Origin: Candidatus Thalassospirochaeta sargassi
Lineage (GTDB): Bacteria; Spirochaetota; Spirochaetia; UBA9216
Assembly: GCA_028532855.1 (NCBI GenBank)
Contig: JAQQAL010000022.1
Location: forward strand, 4,844 to 68,843
Length of the DNA: 64,000 nt
Reading direction: 5' to 3'
Part shown: positions 58,005 to 64,000 of the stretch, piece after piece
Layout of the letters: each line of letters begins with the position of its first letter
Numbering within the stretch: position 1 is the first letter of the stretch
Translations under genes and position numbers: made by a program
Notes under the pieces: generated by a model
What the model saw: the letters and a program-made list of their open reading frames with translations, nothing else
The model's database searches: none
Told to the model about the DNA's origin: nothing

Positions 58005-59770
58005 AAAAAACACGTATACTGATAGTAGAAGACGAAGTCATTCTCTCAATGGATATGACAAGCAGTCTTGAATCCATGGGGTATGAGGTTGTTGATGCAG
58101 TTCCCTCCGGAGAGGAAGCATTGAGCCTTGTGGAAACCGACCCTCCTGATCTGGTCTTGATGGATGTACAGCTTGAAGGGGAACTTGATGGCATCCAGAC
58201 TGCAGAAAAAATAAATAATCGAGACTTTATTCCGATTATCTATATATCAGGGCATACAGATGAACTGACTCTGTCGAGAGCCAAAATAACCGGTCCGTAC
58301 GGGTATATATCTAAATCCTTTAATTACAACGAGCTTCGGACTGCCATTGACATGGCTATTTATAAAAATGAGATGCAGCGAAAGGTTGTTGAGAATGAGA
58401 CCCTTCTTGATATAACACTGGAAAATATTGAAGACGCAGTGATAAACATAGATGAGGAAGGATTTATAAAATATCTGAATTTGACAGCAGCCAAGCTGCT
58501 GGGTATTAGTAAAAAACAGGCAGAGTATACACGAATTGACAGGATAGGCATTATCTGGAAGCGTCCTGATGGAACTGAACTAGTACATCCCTATAACAGT
58601 AAAAAGAAAAAGAAGTTTGAAAAGTCCGAGTATATACTCTACAACGCAGCATCAGGAATTTCCATCCCAGTCGAATGCTCCATAAATGTTCTTCATAATA
58701 CGAAGCAAAAGGTGATAGGGTGGGTTTACCTGATCCAGAATATAGTCGAAAGAAAAAAGATTGACGCCGTTCAGTCTAGACTGGCGTCTATTGTTGAGTC
58801 TTCGCAGGATGCGATTATTGGAATAGATATTAACGGAATAATAAGATCCTGGAACAGCGGCGCTGTTGAAATATTCGGTTACAGTTTTGACGAGGTTGTC
58901 GGACAGAATATAAGCTTGCTTCATCCGCCTAACTATCCGAATGAAATGCCGGAGAAAATTGAATTGCTTCGCTCCGGAGAAATAGTTCCTCATTATGAGG
59001 GTGTCAGGCAGCGCAAGAACGGCGAACTGATTGAAATGTCGATTCTGCCGTCACCTATTAAAGATCCAAATGGAATAATCACAGGAATTTCTTTCATCGC
59101 ACGAGATGTGACCGAGAATAAAAACCTTGAAAAAGAGGTTATAGAAATAGGAGAGAAGGAGCGAGAGAGGATAGGACAGGACCTTCACGACAGCCTTGGG
59201 CAACAGCTTACTGGTATTCTGCTGAATATGAAAACATTGGAAAATCTAGTCAGGAATAAACTTGATAAGGATGAAATGCAACATTTGCTGGATACTGAAT
59301 CGCTTTTGAAAGAAACAATACAGCAGACCCGGACGATGGCTAAGAATTTGATACCTGTAAAGCTTCAAACAGAAGGATTGCCTCACGCCCTTGAGGATCT
59401 TGCTAATTTTGCAAGGACAGTTTACAAAACAAGAGTTATTACCGATATAAAAGAAGGGATAAAAAATGTAGGGGTTATGGTTGAGACCCAGCTTTATCAC
59501 ATCGCTCAGGAAGCTGTTAATAATTCAGTGAAGCACAGCAGGGGCGATACTCTCAGTATTAGTTTGGAAATTGTAAATGCTGAATTAATCTTATCGGTAA
59601 AGGATAATGGGACCGGTATAAAAGAGACAGCGGCCAACGGGATAGGCATGAGTATTATGAACTACAGATCCAATCTTATAAATGGCAACCTTTTCATACA
59701 CAGCGAAAAGGATGAGGGGACGTTAATACTCTGCCGTGTTCCGTTGCCGGAATTGGAGACTTCTGAATGA
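58001..59770 (+). CDS. Hybrid sensor histidine kinase: REC - 2xPAS - HisKA_3 - HATPase
   Basis: Receiver ILIVEDE..DLVLMDVQL; H-box DLHDSLGQQLTGI (HisKA_3); C-terminal ATPase G-boxes. Confidence 0.8.
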   Translation: MKKTRILIVEDEVILSMDMTSSLESMGYEVVDAVPSGEEALSLVETDPPDLVLMDVQLEGELDGIQTAEKINNRDFIPIIYISGHTDELTLSRAKITGPYGYISKSFNYNELRTAIDMAIYKNEMQRKVVENETLLDITLENIEDAVINIDEEGFIKYLNLTAAKLLGISKKQAEYTRIDRIGIIWKRPDGTELVHPYNSKKKKKFEKSEYILYNAASGISIPVECSINVLHNTKQKVIGWVYLIQNIVERKKIDAVQSRLASIVESSQDAIIGIDINGIIRSWNSGAVEIFGYSFDEVVGQNISLLHPPNYPNEMPEKIELLRSGEIVPHYEGVRQRKNGELIEMSILPSPIKDPNGIITGISFIARDVTENKNLEKEVIEIGEKERERIGQDLHDSLGQQLTGILLNMKTLENLVRNKLDKDEMQHLLDTESLLKETIQQTRTMAKNLIPVKLQTEGLPHALEDLANFARTVYKTRVITDIKEGIKNVGVMVETQLYHIAQEAVNNSVKHSRGDTLSISLEIVNAELILSVKDNGTGIKETAANGIGMSIMNYRSNLINGNLFIHSEKDEGTLILCRVPLPELETSE

Positions 59771-60417
59771 TGAATGTTGTAATTGTTGATGATCATCCTA
59801 TTGTAAGAGAAGGTTTTAAGAAACTGATAGACGGTGAAGATGATTTCAATGTTGTAGGAACTGCAGAAACAGCGGCTGATGCTGTTGATATTATAACATC
59901 AACGAAGCCTGACATTGCTATGGTTGATCTTTCGTTGAAAGAGAGCAGCGGGATTGAGCTTATAAAGGACCTTGTGGTCATCTGTCCAGATGTCCGAATA
60001 CTGGTAGTGTCCCTGCATGATGAAGATATCTATGCTGAAAGGGTTCTGCGGGCTGGAGCGAAGGGCTTCATAATGAAGGCGGAGGCTGTGGATGACATTA
60101 TCACAGCGGTGAGAAAGGTAGCTGCAGGTGAGATTTATCTTAGCCCCGGAATGCAGTCAAAAATGATTGAAATAATGACATCAGGCAGGAAAAATACAAA
60201 TCTTAATCCCATCAATATCCTCAGTGATCGCGAATTGGAAGTTTTCCAGCTGATAGGACAGGGCGTGAAGACAAAAAATATCGCGGAACAGCTTAAACTC
60301 AGTGTAAAAACTATTGAAACATATAAATCTCATTTAAAGTTAAAGCTTCAACTAAAAGACGGTATCGAGCTGATACAGCGAGCAATTGAATGGGAAATGA
60401 AGCAGAATGTACGATAG
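59767..60417 (+). CDS. NarL/FixJ-family response regulator (REC + LuxR HTH)
   Basis: IAMVDLSLK receiver; HTH LSDRELEVFQLIGQGVKTKNIAEQLKLSVKTIETYKSHL. Confidence 0.85.
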   Translation: MMNVVIVDDHPIVREGFKKLIDGEDDFNVVGTAETAADAVDIITSTKPDIAMVDLSLKESSGIELIKDLVVICPDVRILVVSLHDEDIYAERVLRAGAKGFIMKAEAVDDIITAVRKVAAGEIYLSPGMQSKMIEIMTSGRKNTNLNPINILSDRELEVFQLIGQGVKTKNIAEQLKLSVKTIETYKSHLKLKLQLKDGIELIQRAIEWEMKQNVR

Positions 60418-60464
60418 CTTGAATTTAGTCATTAAATAGTTATAATAACACCATATCAGTTCAG

Positions 60465-62285
60465 TTGGAGAATCACACACAAATGAGCGCACCCGAAAAT
60501 ATCAGAAATTTCTGTATAATTGCACATATAGACCACGGTAAATCCACACTAGCAGACAGATTCATTGAAAAAGCGATGATCATCTCAGAAAGAGAATATA
60601 AGGATCAGATCCTCGACAGTATGGATATTGAGAGGGAGCGGGGGATTACTATAAAATCTCAAGCGGTTACAATTCCTTTCAAGGCTAAGGACGGTACAGA
60701 GTATACGCTTAACCTTGTAGACACACCGGGCCACGTAGACTTTGCATATGAAGTATCGAGGGCTATCTCTTCATGTGAGGGGGCATTGCTGCTTATTGAT
60801 GCCAGTCAGGGTGTTGAGGCACAGACTCTCGCAAATCTTTATATGGCGCTTGAATATGATCTGGAAATAATACCGGTTATAAATAAGATAGATCTGCCGA
60901 GTGCGGATATTCCAATGGTAAAACATCAGATTGATAACGAGCTCGGTCTTGATTCAGAAATGACCAGCCTTGTGTCAGCGAAGACAGGAGAGGGGGTGGG
61001 TGAGCTTTTTGAAGCAATAGTCGACTTTATTCCCGGACCTAAAGGTGAAAAAAAGAATCCCCTTAAGGCTTTGATATTTGACTCGCATTATGACCCTTAT
61101 CGCGGCGTCATAGTTCATGTCAGGATAATTGACGGTGAACTTAAAGCAGGTGAGACCATAAAGCTCTGGGCAGGCGGATCAACATACAAGGTTGAAGAAA
61201 CCGGGATTTTCAGGGTAGGGCTTGATAAGGTTAATAAGCTTTCAGCCGGTGACGTAGGTTACTTCATAGCCGGTATTAAAACCATTTCCGATATCAGGGT
61301 TGGTGATACCGTTACAAACGCCTCAATGCCCTGCAGCAGCCCCCTGGATGGATTCAGAGAGGTGAAACCAGTTGTTTTCTCATCGATTTATCCGGTTGAC
61401 TCTAACGATTACAATGAACTTCTCAGTGCGATGGAGAAACTCAAGCTGAATGATGCATCTTTAATCTACGAGAAAGATGCATCAGTTGCCCTGGGCTTCG
61501 GTTTCAGGTGCGGATTTCTAGGACTCCTTCATCTGGAGGTTGTGCAGGAGAGGCTGGAGCGGGAATTCGGACTCTCAATTGTGCTTACCGCACCCTCGGT
61601 AGCATATAAAATTGAGATGAACAACGGAGAACGTGTCGTAATCGATAATCCATCCGAATATCCTGACCCTGTACAAATCGCGTCCACCGAAGAACCCTAT
61701 ATCAGGGCTGAGATAATCTGTCCACAGGAATATATAGGCCCCATCATCAACCTCTGCCTCGAAAAGAGGGGAGTCCAGACCTCGCTGAACTATCTTGATG
61801 AAAAGCGGGTTGAATTGGTTTATGAAATGCCGCTAGCCGATGTTCTGTTTGACTTCTACGATAGACTAAAATCGGTAAGCCGCGGCTACGCATCATTTGA
61901 CTATGAAACAACAGATTACAGGGCGACCGACCTGGTAAAGCTTGAAATACTCATAAACGGTGACAAGGTAGACGCCCTGTCCCAGCTCGTCTTCCGTGAG
62001 AGCGCCACAGCGCGTGCCAGACTGGCCTGCAGGCGCCTAAAGGATGAGATACCCCGGCATCAGTTTAAAATTGCGCTGCAGGGCTCTATCGGCTCTCAGA
62101 TAATCGCAAGGGAAACAATCTCTGCGCTTAGAAAGGACGTTACCGCTAAATGTTACGGCGGCGATATCTCGCGTAAGAGAAAACTCCTTGAGAAGCAGAA
62201 AGAGGGAAAAAAGCGGATGAAAATGGTTGGAAACGTCGAGCTGCCTCAGAAGGCTTTTCTTTCGGTTCTCAAGACTGAAGATTAA
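60465..62285 (+). CDS. lepA: Elongation factor 4
   Basis: [18 protein letters not shown]; DTPGHVDF; LepA C-terminal domain. Confidence 0.95.
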   Translation: MENHTQMSAPENIRNFCIIAHIDHGKSTLADRFIEKAMIISEREYKDQILDSMDIERERGITIKSQAVTIPFKAKDGTEYTLNLVDTPGHVDFAYEVSRAISSCEGALLLIDASQGVEAQTLANLYMALEYDLEIIPVINKIDLPSADIPMVKHQIDNELGLDSEMTSLVSAKTGEGVGELFEAIVDFIPGPKGEKKNPLKALIFDSHYDPYRGVIVHVRIIDGELKAGETIKLWAGGSTYKVEETGIFRVGLDKVNKLSAGDVGYFIAGIKTISDIRVGDTVTNASMPCSSPLDGFREVKPVVFSSIYPVDSNDYNELLSAMEKLKLNDASLIYEKDASVALGFGFRCGFLGLLHLEVVQERLEREFGLSIVLTAPSVAYKIEMNNGERVVIDNPSEYPDPVQIASTEEPYIRAEIICPQEYIGPIINLCLEKRGVQTSLNYLDEKRVELVYEMPLADVLFDFYDRLKSVSRGYASFDYETTDYRATDLVKLEILINGDKVDALSQLVFRESATARARLACRRLKDEIPRHQFKIALQGSIGSQIIARETISALRKDVTAKCYGGDISRKRKLLEKQKEGKKRMKMVGNVELPQKAFLSVLKTED

Positions 62286-62289
62286 TCTT

Positions 62290-63951
62290 TTAATCAATTA
62301 TGCTCAGGGCGTTTGAAATCTGCGACGACATCCAGGCCGCCGAGAATAGAAAACGCCTTATGAAACTCGGATCTGAGGACGGAAGGGGCTTCCGGTCCGG
62401 GAAAAAAATCCAGCAGTAGTCGACGCTTTTCAGCAGGGCTTCAAGGTCCTCCGGCAGCCGGCTTCCTCTACCCTCCATAGAATCAGTTCTGGTATTTTGA
62501 AAATCAACAGCCGCAGAAATTGCAGCATTAAGTCTATCCAGCTGCTGCTTCAGAAAAGCAGTGGAAGCCGATCTGCCGGCCGGACCGGAGAAAGCGTCAG
62601 GTAGTTCTCTGATCCTTTTATAGTTTACAGCCGCTTCAAAGTCTGGTTTGCCGCTGATTTCTGCAGACATATTATCGAAAAGAGCGTCACTGTATTTAGG
62701 TGCCGGATTATCAAGACCGTAAACACCCATGTCTATAAGCCTGCCCGAATGTTCAATCAGCTCGGACAGGGTATCCGAATACGACGACATGATAATGTCC
62801 GTATAGACAATACGACCAGCCTTATCTACAGTTTTTGTCCTTCCGTCGCGGAAAGCCGCCGCAAAGAAACTGCTCCTGTGAAGTCTGTTTTCACTCATCT
62901 GGGTAATAATGTGAGAAGGCGAACCGGATGCGTGGTATTTATCAGGTGTGAATGAGAAATCAAGACCCGAAAAAAGAATCGGCTGGTCAGTAATCATAAG
63001 TGAAATCATGATGGAGGTAAGACCTACGGATCCAAGCGGAGGCAGCAGGGGCGGAAGAATTCCGGAATTATCAAGAAGTCTGAATATACATGAAAAATCA
63101 AACTCAGATATGAAAAGGTACAGGGGCCCGCGGATCTTTCGAAGAAGTTCTGGGGATGATGTCATGTCTGCTGCAACAGGCAGGTTTAGAGATTCATCCT
63201 CATAGAAATCATATAAATTAGCATGCTGTGATTCGACTGCAACGACAAGGTCGGGCTTGATACCGCCCAGCAGCAGGCTTGTGACCGCAGTATCGGCGGC
63301 CACGACAAAAAAGCCGCCTCGGCGCCGTTTTATGAAAGCAAGGCTTTCTTCCAGGCTTTCGCCTGCGCCAAGGCATATAACCGGTTTGTCGGTCGAGATA
63401 TCGGTTATAAAGCCGGCGCGGTAAATCTCCACCGTGTTCAGAAAAATATTCCTGCACCATAATCTGCCCATATGAATGGTTGTCATTCTGTTTTTCCAGA
63501 ATGACGCAAGTCCGTTCTCAAGCTTATTCAGCATATCGTCGTAAAACGCACGCTCAATCATATATCCGCGATTCAGTTTAACGGGAATAATACGGCGAAA
63601 CCAGCTATCCGTAAGGCTGCGTAAAAGAGTTGCGGCAGAGTCTTCATCAACATAGATATAACGGAAATTTTTAACGCCTGATTGTTTATGAAAGCTCAGG
63701 GTAGCATTGTAAATATCATGATTATGTTCAACAGCAATACAGGATGAACCCTCAGGAATGATCTCAAGTAATTCATCCACGCCATAGAACAGAAGTGGCG
63801 AAACTACAATATAAAGGGCATCAGACGCATGAGGGAGGCCTCTGACGCGTTTTTCGGGCGGTGAGCCATCAGAATAGAGCGGCTTCCCGTTAAAGCTTAT
63901 GCCGGGGCGATTTACGCCCCTTGTAACCTCAACCGGAAACCTTTTTTTCAT
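62290..63951 (-). CDS. MptE-like/DUF115 (Maf, motility-accessory-factor-like) protein
   Basis: VICLGAGESLEE..FVVAADTAVTSLLLGGIKPDLVVAVESQ resembles the 6-hydroxymethylpterin diphosphokinase MptE-like fold of Maf proteins. Confidence 0.5.
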   Translation of the reverse strand: MKKRFPVEVTRGVNRPGISFNGKPLYSDGSPPEKRVRGLPHASDALYIVVSPLLFYGVDELLEIIPEGSSCIAVEHNHDIYNATLSFHKQSGVKNFRYIYVDEDSAATLLRSLTDSWFRRIIPVKLNRGYMIERAFYDDMLNKLENGLASFWKNRMTTIHMGRLWCRNIFLNTVEIYRAGFITDISTDKPVICLGAGESLEESLAFIKRRRGGFFVVAADTAVTSLLLGGIKPDLVVAVESQHANLYDFYEDESLNLPVAADMTSSPELLRKIRGPLYLFISEFDFSCIFRLLDNSGILPPLLPPLGSVGLTSIMISLMITDQPILFSGLDFSFTPDKYHASGSPSHIITQMSENRLHRSSFFAAAFRDGRTKTVDKAGRIVYTDIIMSSYSDTLSELIEHSGRLIDMGVYGLDNPAPKYSDALFDNMSAEISGKPDFEAAVNYKRIRELPDAFSGPAGRSASTAFLKQQLDRLNAAISAAVDFQNTRTDSMEGRGSRLPEDLEALLKSVDYCWIFFPDRKPLPSSDPSFIRRFLFSAAWMSSQISNALSIID

Positions 63952-64000
63952 TCCTAATTAAGTGAAAAGATTTGTGAAAAGACCTCAGCGAAGTTGTCCT

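Overview
This 64 kb chromosomal window from a low-to-moderate GC bacterium has three parts. The gene set (tro/znu-like operon, SpoVG, CheX-like, LCP, Maf/DUF115, encapsulin) and its AT-rich accessory DNA are weakly suggestive of a spirochaete-like genome.

(1) nt 1-8869 is an integron gene-cassette array. Seven tightly conserved attC sites of 114-140 bp, each delimited by mutually complementary R''/R' cores (TAACAA...GTTAT), follow successive + strand ORFs. The cassette genes are a 5'-truncated Kv-like K+ channel, a HEPN-motif hypothetical, two unrelated AAA+ ATPases, a GNAT acetyltransferase and several unknowns, one of them interrupted by a single in-frame TAA. No intI lies in the window.

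(2) nt 8870-23398 is accessory DNA bounded on the right by a truncated eighth attC. It holds an AT-rich orphan HisKA_2 sensor kinase, an unexplained ~650 bp GC-rich non-coding island, and a seven-gene same-strand type I R-M/defence operon (orphan HsdS half, Abi_2/HEPN protein, HsdM, HsdS, an unknown 464-aa protein, HsdR, YgjP-like metallopeptidase). It also holds a cGAS/DncV/SMODS-like Pol-beta nucleotidyltransferase precisely split by an intact IS3-family element.

(3) nt 23419-64000 is core chromosome:
- a Zn/Mn ABC importer (His-rich TroA/ZnuA with a 24-bp coding tandem repeat), a small RHH/Cys-His regulator and a 12-4-12 palindromic operator;
- a fatty-acid CoA ligase, an IS3 transposase remnant and a redox cluster (redoxin, YhdH-type reductase, EncFtn cargo plus family-1 encapsulin shell);
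- an ilvB-ilvN-leuA-cimA operon preceded by an Ile/Leu-rich leader peptide and attenuator terminator;
- pgeF, argS, rplU-prp-rpmA-obgE-nadD-yqeK-LCP-rsfS, ispE, spoVG, tRNA-Gln(UUG), rplY-pth-tilS-ftsH and an HtrA-like protease;
- a REC-PAS-HisKA_3 hybrid kinase with a NarL-type regulator, lepA, and a Maf/DUF115-like gene.

The most promising candidates for new biology are the unknown gene embedded in the R-M operon, the cassette-borne unknowns (the integron as a defence 'biobank'), the IS-split nucleotidyltransferase and the GC-rich island.
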